Translations under genes and position numbers: made by a program
The notes under the pieces: model-generated
What the model saw: the letters and a program-made list of their open reading frames with translations, nothing else
Told to the model about the DNA's origin: nothing
The model's database searches: none
Shown here: positions 45,652 through 54,667 of the stretch, in pieces
How the letters are laid out: every line of letters begins with the position of its first letter
Position numbering within the stretch: position 1 is the first letter of the stretch
Virus record (IMG/VR): IMGVR_UViG_3300042558_004148
Location: 1 to 64,000 of that record
DNA: 64,000 bases
Reading direction: 5' to 3' (one strand)

Positions 45652-46551
45652 ATGGTATCAGGAAGCAATCCAAATATTTCATATTTAGGTTTACCTAAGG
45701 CTCTAGCACTAGGAAGTTTTTATATTAGATCCCACGAGGAAATATTAACCCTTATATTAGACCTTGCAAATACAAACTTTTCTATAGGATCCAATATGAT
45801 TTGTTTGGATCTTAATGAGATGGATTTCCACGAGGATTTTTTTAATACGGTCAGCGACGAGGAAAATCCTAAATTGTCCTCCATAATAGATTCCATAAAT
45901 TTAATATTAAATAAGAATTCAATTAGGGTATCCTTTTTCATAGGAAAAGAATATTTTATGGGCAGTCAATTAGAAGGTGTTAAGGAATCAACGATAAGAG
46001 TGATAAATTCAATCTCTGCACTGCTGGACTTAATTGGTGTGGATTATCCTTCGATAATAATTAGAATTGGATCAGCATATGGTAACAGGAAGCAAACAAT
46101 GTCTAATTTCTGTAATAGAATAAAATTACTAGATAAAAATGCAGTAAATAAATTATGCGTTACTAATGACGAAAAACCAAGTTTATTTTCTGTGACCGAT
46201 TTACTTACTGGAATATATTATGAAACTAAAATACCTATATGTTTTAGAACATTAGCTCATCATTTTAATAATGGTGGATTAAGTATAAGGGAAGCAATGT
46301 TTTTGAGTTCTTCCACATGGAAAGATGAACACGTTCCATTTTTTATACACTCTGAATCCGTTGATATTAATGAAGATGGCGTATCATTGTCACCTAATCC
46401 ATCAGCGTATTTAAAAAATAGAATACCCACTTTCGGTCTTTCCTGCGATATTATAATAGAATCTCCAGAAAGAGAAAATAGCTATATTCATTATATCAAA
46501 AATCAAAAATCCTTACCTCCCGTTGTAATTAATAAAATATCAGGAAAATAA
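45652..46551 (+). CDS. UV-damage endonuclease (UvdE/UvsE)-like protein with degenerate active site
   Basis: GSAYGNRK...FC, NDEK-x-SLFSV-x-DL, IPI-x-F, GGLS, STW, HSES scaffold motifs; the metal ligands appear substituted. Confidence 0.7.
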   Translation: MVSGSNPNISYLGLPKALALGSFYIRSHEEILTLILDLANTNFSIGSNMICLDLNEMDFHEDFFNTVSDEENPKLSSIIDSINLILNKNSIRVSFFIGKEYFMGSQLEGVKESTIRVINSISALLDLIGVDYPSIIIRIGSAYGNRKQTMSNFCNRIKLLDKNAVNKLCVTNDEKPSLFSVTDLLTGIYYETKIPICFRTLAHHFNNGGLSIREAMFLSSSTWKDEHVPFFIHSESVDINEDGVSLSPNPSAYLKNRIPTFGLSCDIIIESPERENSYIHYIKNQKSLPPVVINKISGK

Positions 46552-46601
46552 TTTTTTAATTCCGTTATAATATATTAAATTTACAGCTTAATGTAAATAA
46601 G

Positions 46602-47303
46602 ATGTTAAGAAAAGAAGCAATACACAATCTCCTATATTTTGATGTTGAAACTGCAGCATTGTATCCAAATATAGAAACCCTACATGACGAAAATCCAAGA
46701 CTTTATCATCTCTGGAGAAAGAGAGATGAATATTATAGAGGAGCTTATCCTGCATTAGCCAATGAGTCTGACGAATCGGTGTATAAACAGAAAGCAGGCT
46801 TGGAGCCGGAATTTTCAAGAGTTGTCTGTGTTTCATTTGGTTCTTTTACTGAGGACGGAGATCAAAAATATGTTTCCTTCTCTGGTAATGACGAAAGGGA
46901 AATATTAAATAAAGCAAACAAGGTTTTTAATAACGCTATGGCCAAGGGATGGAAACTTTGCGGACATAACATAAAAGGTTTCGACGTGCCTTGTTTGGGC
47001 AAGAGAATGATCTATAATGGTATAAATCCTTCCGGTAATCTTCAGATATGGGATAAGAAACCATGGGAAGTTCCTTATATGGACACATCGGATATATTTG
47101 CATTCGGAAGCTGGACACACCAGAAATACTTGAGTCTGGACCTTTTAACTTGTTCACTTGGTATAGATTCACCAAAGGGTGATATGGACGGATCTAAGGT
47201 TAATGATGTTTTCTGGATCGATAAGGATTTCGAAAAAATAGAATCATACTGTGAAGCTGATGTTAGAGCAGTTATGACAGTAATGGAAAAAATTTGTTTC
47301 TAG
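46602..47303 (+). CDS. 3'-5' exonuclease (DnaQ/PolB-exo-like)
   Basis: ExoI FDVET, ExoII GHNIKGFD, ExoIII YCEADV. Confidence 0.88.
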   Translation: MLRKEAIHNLLYFDVETAALYPNIETLHDENPRLYHLWRKRDEYYRGAYPALANESDESVYKQKAGLEPEFSRVVCVSFGSFTEDGDQKYVSFSGNDEREILNKANKVFNNAMAKGWKLCGHNIKGFDVPCLGKRMIYNGINPSGNLQIWDKKPWEVPYMDTSDIFAFGSWTHQKYLSLDLLTCSLGIDSPKGDMDGSKVNDVFWIDKDFEKIESYCEADVRAVMTVMEKICF

Positions 47304-47363
47304 ACAAACGATAATTTAAAATAATATGCTTGCGTAATATAATATAAAATAGCTAATACATTT

Positions 47364-47399
47364 AAAAGCTTTCCTTGATATATAGAGGAAAGCTTTTTT
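47364..47399 (+). terminator. Terminator hairpin whose loop carries the late-promoter motif
   Basis: 12-bp perfect stem AAAAGCTTTCCT/AGGAAAGCTTTT with loop TGATATATAG, then a T tract. Confidence 0.75.
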
Positions 47400-47400
47400 C

Positions 47401-48216
47401 GTGAATACAGTATTAGATTTTAATGATTTTTTAAATAATAATGGGATTGCTCTTAATGAAAGGGAGAATAGTCCATATTACCATGATGTGCTAAATCCAG
47501 TTTTTTGGACTCAGAAAAAAACAAAATCTGGTGAGATATCCTGGGTTTTTGACCAGAGAGTCAGAAGAAAACTTATTAGGATAGCGGAAGATTTTTATAC
47601 AAAATTTGAAGATATTCTGGGAGATAGAGCAATAAGGGACATTCAATTAACTGGATCATTAGCAAATTTTAACTACACTGATTTTTCTGATCTTGATGTT
47701 CATGTTCTTATTAACATGGATGGCATAGACGATGATAATCCAAAAATACTAAAATCCGCAATCGACGGTATTAAATTCGTATGGAATCTTAGACATAACA
47801 TAACAATAAGAGGTTATGATGTTGAACTATATCTGCAGGATCAGCATGAACCACATACGGCATCCGCATTGTTTTCTTTAAAAAATAATGATTGGATAAG
47901 AAAGCCTGTTTATAATTTTCCCGAGGTTGACGATATGGACGTGGAGAAAAAATATTCAGCCATAGTTTCGGATATAGAGGAATTACAGACAAGACTTATA
48001 ACCACGGACATTTTGCCATCAAATGCTAAGTCTTTATATAACAGAGCATCTAAACTAAAATCAAAAATTCAGAAAATGAGAAAAGAAGAGCTTGCTAAGG
48101 GCGGAGAAATGGCAATCGGTAATCTTGTTTTTAAAAAGCTTAGAAATTCTGGATATATAGAAAAATTAATAGATTTGATTTCCAAATCTTATGATAAAAT
48201 TTACACTGAAAAATAA
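47401..48216 (+). CDS. Pol-beta-superfamily nucleotidyltransferase
   Basis: LTGSLANFNY...SDLDVHV (GS...DxD) plus third Asp in YDVELY; GTG start. Confidence 0.85.
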   Translation: MNTVLDFNDFLNNNGIALNERENSPYYHDVLNPVFWTQKKTKSGEISWVFDQRVRRKLIRIAEDFYTKFEDILGDRAIRDIQLTGSLANFNYTDFSDLDVHVLINMDGIDDDNPKILKSAIDGIKFVWNLRHNITIRGYDVELYLQDQHEPHTASALFSLKNNDWIRKPVYNFPEVDDMDVEKKYSAIVSDIEELQTRLITTDILPSNAKSLYNRASKLKSKIQKMRKEELAKGGEMAIGNLVFKKLRNSGYIEKLIDLISKSYDKIYTEK

Positions 48217-48223
48217 TTAGATT

Positions 48224-50815
48224 ATGATAATATTATTACCAGCAGGAACTAGATATAAAATAGGAAATAATTTTCCTCTTATGACAATCCCGTTAGATAT
48301 GCCAAATGCTCAAAGTACTTCATTCGAAGATTTTCAGTGGTGGGCATTATCTTCAGATTTTCAAAAATGGTTAAAAAAGAATCCTAGAAAATGGGTGGCT
48401 GAATCTAACGATCTTGGTAAATATGAGGGATCTGTTTCGGAATATTTGAAAGAAAACTACAGCTTCTTAGAACCACTATACAATGATATTAATGAATCTG
48501 ATGTTCTGTCATTCGAAGATTTTTCTAGAGAAAAAATGGTTTTCGAAGATGAGCAGGGTGATGCTGATAGTGCGGAGTATAAAGAAGCTATAAAATTTCA
48601 CTTTGCATATAATAGTTTAAAAAGTAAAGGTAAGATAGTTGATTCAATGACCGCATCGGATATCAAGAAGGGTGACGATAAAGCGGTTTTCTTATTATTA
48701 GAGGATCCTGCTAACGGTGAAAACATGATGGAAACAATGAAAGCCTATAGAATGACGGGCTATATTGATGTTGACGGTAAATCTAAGATAAGACTCATTG
48801 ATGTTAGTGAAATGCTACCAGGCGGACCAATAAAGGACGACGAGAAAACTGAGGATGTTATAGGTAAGGTTGTACAGGATGCTGCAGTAATAGCTGCTGC
48901 TGGTGGAGTAGGACTTGTTCTTTATAGCGCTTTGAAAATTGCTGGAGGCGGATTAGCTGCTAGAGCTTTACTTAAAACGATACAAGGATTTTCTCCTAAT
49001 GCAGCTAGCGCAGGAGCTTCCGCTGCTCCTTCTCTTCTGGGTAAAATAAGAGCAGGTGGAGTTAAAGGTATTAAAAGTCTATGGGGAGGCGTTAAAGATA
49101 TCGCTACATTAAAAAATACAAGAGCTTTGGTAACCAGAGGGTTTAAAGGTGCTAAGGCAGCTTATACTTTAGGTAAAGTTGGAGTTGGTGGTGCTATTAA
49201 GGCTTTTGCTAAAGGAGTAACGAGAGGAGGTAGCAAACTAGGAAGTAGAGCAATACCTTTTGTTGGCGAGGTACTTATGATTATAGATGCTGTTGGATCT
49301 ACATGGAATTGGTACAGTGATAACCAGGCACCAAGATATGGTGAAGTTGAATCTTTTGCAAAAAATGAAATGAATCCAGCCAATCTTCCGGTTGGTGTTC
49401 CTATTACTGTATGTTGGTCACAACCAGCTGGTGGAGCTTTAGGTACAGGTATAAGTTTCCTATTCAGTAACGAAACTAGAACAACTGCGGAACTTATTAA
49501 GATAGGAGATAAAAATGGCGAGTCAATATTCATAATGACCCAGATTAACTCTAAGGAAGTCCAAAAGGAACTTGCAAGTCATGATTTAACTTTGATATCA
49601 TTGGATAATAGCAATGTAGTTAATGACCAGGCATCATCTAAGGAAGGTGTACTTGCTCAAATAGGTACAGCTATACAAAGAACTTTTGATAACGAGGATC
49701 TTGATTTTAAGATATCTCACGTAGACGGAATAAATGATATTGCTGCTATGTTTAATTTTCAAGGTATCTGTGACTGGAGCGAATTTGAAACTGCTTACCA
49801 GTCAGCTGGAGATCAGTTAATAGTAGTTGATCCGAATGCACCTGAAACTTATGAATTTTACTACAAGGATAATGAAGAAAATGTAGTAAACGTATCAGGT
49901 AGAATAGTATCAAATGATGAACTTAAAAATTCAAATCCGGAGGAACTTCAAAAAATATTCTATTCTGAGGAAATAGAAGGATCAGCAGAAAAAAAGAATG
50001 AAGAACATGACAATTCTGCTATTCTGGGTGAACTAATTAATGAATCCACAGTGATAACTAGTTTTGATGATTTCAGTGGTAGATTAGCGGGAATATACGA
50101 GAATAAGGATATTGATTCTAAAAAAGAAAAAACAACTCTTGAATTAAGTCGTGAGCAATCAAGTACTCCAGCAGAGGTTGCTGTATATGTAGTTACCGAG
50201 AGAGAATATGCAGATCCCGAACTTAGAAAATACAAAGTTGGTGTATTTAGAAACTTTATGATAAATGCAGATGATTATAAGGCTAAGGTTAATTCACCGA
50301 TTGATGTTGAGACGAATACAGTTAACGAAGATATAGATGAACCTAAAAGAGGAGTTTATGTATTTAAGAAAGAAGCAGATAAAGTTAAACCTAAGCCTAG
50401 CGAGGAAGAAGAAATTAAAAGAAATACCCAACCTTTAACTGATGAGGATCCTAAGCAGGATGATCAGAAAGTAAAGGATGATTATTACATAACCGTTGAT
50501 CCGAAGGACGTTATCATAAAGGATAAGAAGAATTCAACTGTAATAAGGGATAATAGTTTTGCTGGTGGTATTAATCTGGTTGATACCTTCCTTACTGATA
50601 AGGATAAGGAGATTATGAACATAGCAAATTGGAAAGCGGTATCATATGCTAAGGCATCATTGGATACAAGAGGAGATATAATAGAGGTTAAGATAAAAAA
50701 TAAATTTGCACCATTTGGTGATAAGGTAAGAAAGTTTAAAGTATCTGATGGTGAAGCATTCGAGATAGCTAAAAAATTTGCTACTGAAGTTGAAAGTAGA
50801 ATAAAATATCAATAA
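48224..50815 (+). CDS. Large late protein with Gly/Ala-rich hydrophobic segments (candidate internal or ejection protein)
   Basis: AAVIAAAGGVGLVLYSALKIAGGGLAARALL and AIPFVGEVLMIIDAVG segments; internal INES...SF[ED]DF motifs. Confidence 0.55.
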   Translation: MIILLPAGTRYKIGNNFPLMTIPLDMPNAQSTSFEDFQWWALSSDFQKWLKKNPRKWVAESNDLGKYEGSVSEYLKENYSFLEPLYNDINESDVLSFEDFSREKMVFEDEQGDADSAEYKEAIKFHFAYNSLKSKGKIVDSMTASDIKKGDDKAVFLLLEDPANGENMMETMKAYRMTGYIDVDGKSKIRLIDVSEMLPGGPIKDDEKTEDVIGKVVQDAAVIAAAGGVGLVLYSALKIAGGGLAARALLKTIQGFSPNAASAGASAAPSLLGKIRAGGVKGIKSLWGGVKDIATLKNTRALVTRGFKGAKAAYTLGKVGVGGAIKAFAKGVTRGGSKLGSRAIPFVGEVLMIIDAVGSTWNWYSDNQAPRYGEVESFAKNEMNPANLPVGVPITVCWSQPAGGALGTGISFLFSNETRTTAELIKIGDKNGESIFIMTQINSKEVQKELASHDLTLISLDNSNVVNDQASSKEGVLAQIGTAIQRTFDNEDLDFKISHVDGINDIAAMFNFQGICDWSEFETAYQSAGDQLIVVDPNAPETYEFYYKDNEENVVNVSGRIVSNDELKNSNPEELQKIFYSEEIEGSAEKKNEEHDNSAILGELINESTVITSFDDFSGRLAGIYENKDIDSKKEKTTLELSREQSSTPAEVAVYVVTEREYADPELRKYKVGVFRNFMINADDYKAKVNSPIDVETNTVNEDIDEPKRGVYVFKKEADKVKPKPSEEEEIKRNTQPLTDEDPKQDDQKVKDDYYITVDPKDVIIKDKKNSTVIRDNSFAGGINLVDTFLTDKDKEIMNIANWKAVSYAKASLDTRGDIIEVKIKNKFAPFGDKVRKFKVSDGEAFEIAKKFATEVESRIKYQ

Positions 50816-50849
50816 TTGAGAAAGTATTAAAATTATTCGAATTTGAATT

Positions 50850-50857
50850 GATATATA
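50850..50857 (+). promoter_or_regulatory. Candidate late promoter GATATATA
   Basis: 26 nt before the protease/capsid operon. Confidence 0.65.
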
Positions 50858-50883
50858 AATAACATAAAAAACACAATTAAGAA

Positions 50884-52854
50884 ATGCCAACAACCCAAAA
50901 GCTTAATGAAGATTTAGTTTTCATCCTTGAGAGACAGGAGAGAGTACTTGAATCTAAGAAGACAGATTCTGAGGATGATTATGTTCTGGAAGGTATAGCA
51001 GCTGTTTTCGGAAAGGAAAACAATAATAATAGAATATACGAGGAAAATGAATATTTACCTCATTTGGACTATCTTAAAGACAAAATTGCACAGAAGAGAT
51101 TAGTTGGTGAATTAGATCATCCTGAAAAATTCGACGTTTCTCTTAAGAACATTTCACATATCATCGAAGATCTTGCATACGATAAGGATAAGAGAGAACT
51201 TAAAATAAAAGTTAGACTTTTAGATACGCCAGCAGGTATTATAGCTAAAAAATTAGTTGATGCCGGAGTACCACTTTCAATATCATCAAGAGCAGCTGGT
51301 TCGGTTGGCAATGATAAGAAGGTTCAGATCAAGAAAATATTTACATATGATTTAGTTGCTGATCCTGGTTTTCAGGATGCACAATTGGAAAGAGTATACG
51401 AAAGTGCAGGATTTAGTTTCGAAGACGTTTATAAAATGAGAAATAATACAATTCTAAACGGATTAACTTGTGTTAATGAATCTTTCGGTCTTAAAAATGA
51501 ATCTTCAATGAAGATATATAAAGTTGAAAATAACGAAGAATTCAACAATCTCGTAACAAAAACAGAAAAAAATAAAGAAATCCTTATGGAGAATAAAGAA
51601 TTTGTTACTGCTGATGACCTAAATCAATATTCTATTTTCTTGAAGAAAGAAATGGATTCAATGAAATCGGCTATAGCAGAAATTAACGAAAAGAGAGACT
51701 CAATTCAAGAATCTGAAAAAACATCTAATGAGGATGTTGTTACAGCATTAGAAGAAAGAGTAGCTAAATTGGAAAAATATTCTGAGTACTTAGCTGAAAA
51801 CTTGGATAATGCAATTAAGTATGGAGAATACGTTGCTGAAAATCTAGATCAAAACATAACTTATTCTAAGTATTTAGCTGAGAATTTGGATAAAAATATT
51901 TCTTATTCTAAATATTTAGCTGAGAATGTTGACAAATCTATATCTTATTCTGAATATGTAGCAGAGAGTGTAGATAAGAACATAGAATATTCTAAATATT
52001 TAGCTGAAAAAGTAGATCAAAATATTTCTTATTCTGAATACTTAGCTGAGAATGTAGATAATAGTATTTCTTACAGTGAACATTTAGCAGAAAACCTAAA
52101 TAAAGGTATTGCTTATACTGAATACGTTGCAGAGAAACTAAATGATGGTATCGAATACGCAGAGTATTTAGGTGAGAACTTGAATAAGAATATACAATAT
52201 TCAGACTATTTAGCTGAAAATCTAAACAAAGGTTTAGATTATTCTGAATACTTAGCTGAAAAAGTTAAAAGATCTATATCTTACAGTGAATATATAGCAG
52301 AAAGTTTAAACAATTCTGATATGAAAGCAGTAGGACAAGATTTAATGGAAAGTGCATCAGTATCAGCATCAGCAGGTTTAAACGAATCTGGATTTGCAGG
52401 TAATTACGATAACCTTTCAGACAAAATTGATAGTTTGGTAGAATCAGTTAAAACACAAAAAACTGAATCAAATATAAACGAAGCTTCAAAATCATTTGAA
52501 GCGCCAGCCAACACACAAAAGGCACAAGAATCAGCTCTTAATGAAAACGAGAGCACAACAAAAACAGGTCTTAAGTTTATTGACGAAATGCCTGAAGAAT
52601 TTGCACAAGTTTGGGAATCACTTAATGAAGGACACAAGCAATCAATAGTTGCTCAGAGTAACTTCTATAGATTAGATTCTCCTTACCAAATCAAAAACTT
52701 CTGGTCTACAAGACAACTTGGAACTAAAACAGTTGGAGTTCAAAAATTGAACGAGAGCGAAGAAACAGTGCCAAGTGCAACAACTCAAGGTTATTCAAGC
52801 GATTATATGGCTTCAATAGCTGCTGCACTAGAGCAAAAATTTCCAAAAAGATAA
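50884..52854 (+). CDS. gp21: Prohead protease (gp21-like) fused to scaffold/core protein (gp22-like)
   Basis: N-terminal NNNNRIY, GELDHP (catalytic His), ISSRAAGS (catalytic Ser), YDLVADPG; C-terminal coiled-coil repeats; directly upstream of the major capsid gene. Confidence 0.88.
   Translation: MPTTQKLNEDLVFILERQERVLESKKTDSEDDYVLEGIAAVFGKENNNNRIYEENEYLPHLDYLKDKIAQKRLVGELDHPEKFDVSLKNISHIIEDLAYDKDKRELKIKVRLLDTPAGIIAKKLVDAGVPLSISSRAAGSVGNDKKVQIKKIFTYDLVADPGFQDAQLERVYESAGFSFEDVYKMRNNTILNGLTCVNESFGLKNESSMKIYKVENNEEFNNLVTKTEKNKEILMENKEFVTADDLNQYSIFLKKEMDSMKSAIAEINEKRDSIQESEKTSNEDVVTALEERVAKLEKYSEYLAENLDNAIKYGEYVAENLDQNITYSKYLAENLDKNISYSKYLAENVDKSISYSEYVAESVDKNIEYSKYLAEKVDQNISYSEYLAENVDNSISYSEHLAENLNKGIAYTEYVAEKLNDGIEYAEYLGENLNKNIQYSDYLAENLNKGLDYSEYLAEKVKRSISYSEYIAESLNNSDMKAVGQDLMESASVSASAGLNESGFAGNYDNLSDKIDSLVESVKTQKTESNINEASKSFEAPANTQKAQESALNENESTTKTGLKFIDEMPEEFAQVWESLNEGHKQSIVAQSNFYRLDSPYQIKNFWSTRQLGTKTVGVQKLNESEETVPSATTQGYSSDYMASIAAALEQKFPKR
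51778..52323 (+). repeat. 13 tandem 14-aa (42-nt) repeats YS[EK]Y[LV]AE[NK][LV][DN]xxI[SE]
   Basis: YSEYLAENLDNAIK through YSEYIAESLNNSDM, read directly from the translation. Confidence 0.92.
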
Positions 52855-52870
52855 AAAATAAAAACAAATC

Positions 52871-54574
52871 ATGAAATTGATCAACGAACAAGAAATCTAT
52901 GATACATGGTCTCCGATTATCGAGAGCAAAGCTGGTATCACAGAAGAAGGAAAAAAAGGATGGTTGACTAAATATTGTCATTATCATTCATTAAACGAGT
53001 CTGCAGGTGCTTATAACACTTTAGGAGTTGTTAACGGTATGGGTGCAGTTGCGCCTCCAACATACCCAGGAATGGGTTCATTCTCAGGTTCTAATGCTAA
53101 CGCTGGTTTCTATAACACAGCAAACCAAGGATCTGGTGACAAATTCCCATCATTATTACCATTAGCTATTCAGGTAGCTGCTAAGACTGTAGGTTTTGAT
53201 ATCGTTCCTGTTATCCCTATGTCAGGACCAACTGGTATCTTATCTTACTTAGATTACGTATACTCAGGTGGTAAACTTGCTGGTGCTACATCTGCTACTT
53301 CAGGAGATTCATTAGCTAAAGCTCCTACAATGATTAAATTCCCAGTTGCACAAGGATCTTCTGCAGGTCTTACAGGTGCTACTGCTGGTTCATTCCAAGT
53401 AGGTGCTTCTTATACAGTTACTAATGGAGGTGTATTAACACTTAAATTCGTAGGTTTATCAAGAATCGATGGTTTCCCAATCTACGAGATTGAAAACATT
53501 ACGGATGGTTACAACGTAGCTGGTATTATCACAGCTTCAGGAAGCTTCCAAGTTACTGGAGGTTCTCCAGCTTCAACTCTTTTTACTGCAGGTTCTGCAC
53601 AATTAGTTAAAGCTTTAGAAGATCATATCCAAGGTTTCTCTGGTGCTGGTTTCAACAACACTACAGATTGGCAAGGTCCTTACGTAGATGGTACTAAAAC
53701 TTACAACCCTATGTTAAGAGGAGTTGGTGAGTCTACTTACTACAACTCAATGGGTCTTTCTACTTTCACTAAATTCGTGGAGGCTGAAACTTTCCAAGTT
53801 GCTGCTTCAGTTACAACTGAGCAAATCCAAGATCTTAACAAACAATTCGGTATCGACGTTATCTCAATGATCGAGAACGCATTGGTTAATGAGGTTTCTC
53901 AAGCAATTAACAAACACATCTTATCAAGAGCATTCGCTTTAGGTTGGTCTAACCATAACCAATTCTTCAATGTTGAAAACCAAAACCTTAACTTGAACTT
54001 AGTTCTTGGTGGTGCTGCTGGTACAACTTCAGCTTATGTTAACAAATCGGATGCTACACAATCTATGCCTATCCCAGCTGGTCCAGCTACAGGAGGTTAC
54101 GAGAACTTATCAACTCTACAAAGAAGATTATTCTCAAGAATCCTTGCTGGTGCTAACGTGGTAGCTAATAGAGGTAGAAGAGGTCCTGCTAATTTCGTAG
54201 TAACGAATGCTGCAGTTGCAAGTGCACTTCAAGATATTTCTCAGTTCACTTTCGCTCCATTCTCTAATACACTTACTCAAAATAACGGTACTTTATACCC
54301 TGTAGGTTCTCTTGCTGGTATGACAGTTTACGTAGATCAGAACATGAACTACAGCGATACAAGAGTATTAATTGGTAGAAAAGGTGGTGATGATGAGCCA
54401 GGATTAAAATTCATGCCTTACATGATGGCAGAATCAATTCAGACTATCTCTGAAGGTACTATGTCACCTAAAATCGCAGTTAAATCTAGATATGCTTTAG
54501 TAGAAGCTGGTTTCTTACCTGAAACTATGTACTTAACATTATACGTTAACGTACCTGCTGGTGGTTTAGCATAA
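52871..54574 (+). CDS. gp23: Major capsid protein (T4 gp23-like)
   Basis: GFDIVPVIPMSGPTG, EVSQAINKHIL, ANRGRRGPANF, YPVGSL...VYVD, KSRYALV. Confidence 0.93.
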   Translation: MKLINEQEIYDTWSPIIESKAGITEEGKKGWLTKYCHYHSLNESAGAYNTLGVVNGMGAVAPPTYPGMGSFSGSNANAGFYNTANQGSGDKFPSLLPLAIQVAAKTVGFDIVPVIPMSGPTGILSYLDYVYSGGKLAGATSATSGDSLAKAPTMIKFPVAQGSSAGLTGATAGSFQVGASYTVTNGGVLTLKFVGLSRIDGFPIYEIENITDGYNVAGIITASGSFQVTGGSPASTLFTAGSAQLVKALEDHIQGFSGAGFNNTTDWQGPYVDGTKTYNPMLRGVGESTYYNSMGLSTFTKFVEAETFQVAASVTTEQIQDLNKQFGIDVISMIENALVNEVSQAINKHILSRAFALGWSNHNQFFNVENQNLNLNLVLGGAAGTTSAYVNKSDATQSMPIPAGPATGGYENLSTLQRRLFSRILAGANVVANRGRRGPANFVVTNAAVASALQDISQFTFAPFSNTLTQNNGTLYPVGSLAGMTVYVDQNMNYSDTRVLIGRKGGDDEPGLKFMPYMMAESIQTISEGTMSPKIAVKSRYALVEAGFLPETMYLTLYVNVPAGGLA

Positions 54575-54594
54575 TCTTAACCAACTTAAATATT

Positions 54595-54626
54595 AAAACC
54601 CTAGGATTAGTCCTAGGGTTTTTTTT
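54595..54626 (+). terminator. Rho-independent terminator after the major capsid gene
   Basis: AAAACCCTAGGA-ttag-TCCTAGGGTTTT plus T tract. Confidence 0.88.
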
Positions 54627-54634
54627 ATTGTTGG

Positions 54635-54642
54635 GATATATA
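54635..54642 (+). promoter_or_regulatory. Candidate late promoter GATATATA
   Basis: 25 nt before 54668. Confidence 0.6.
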
Positions 54643-54667
54643 GATTATAAAAATTAAAGAATTCAAT

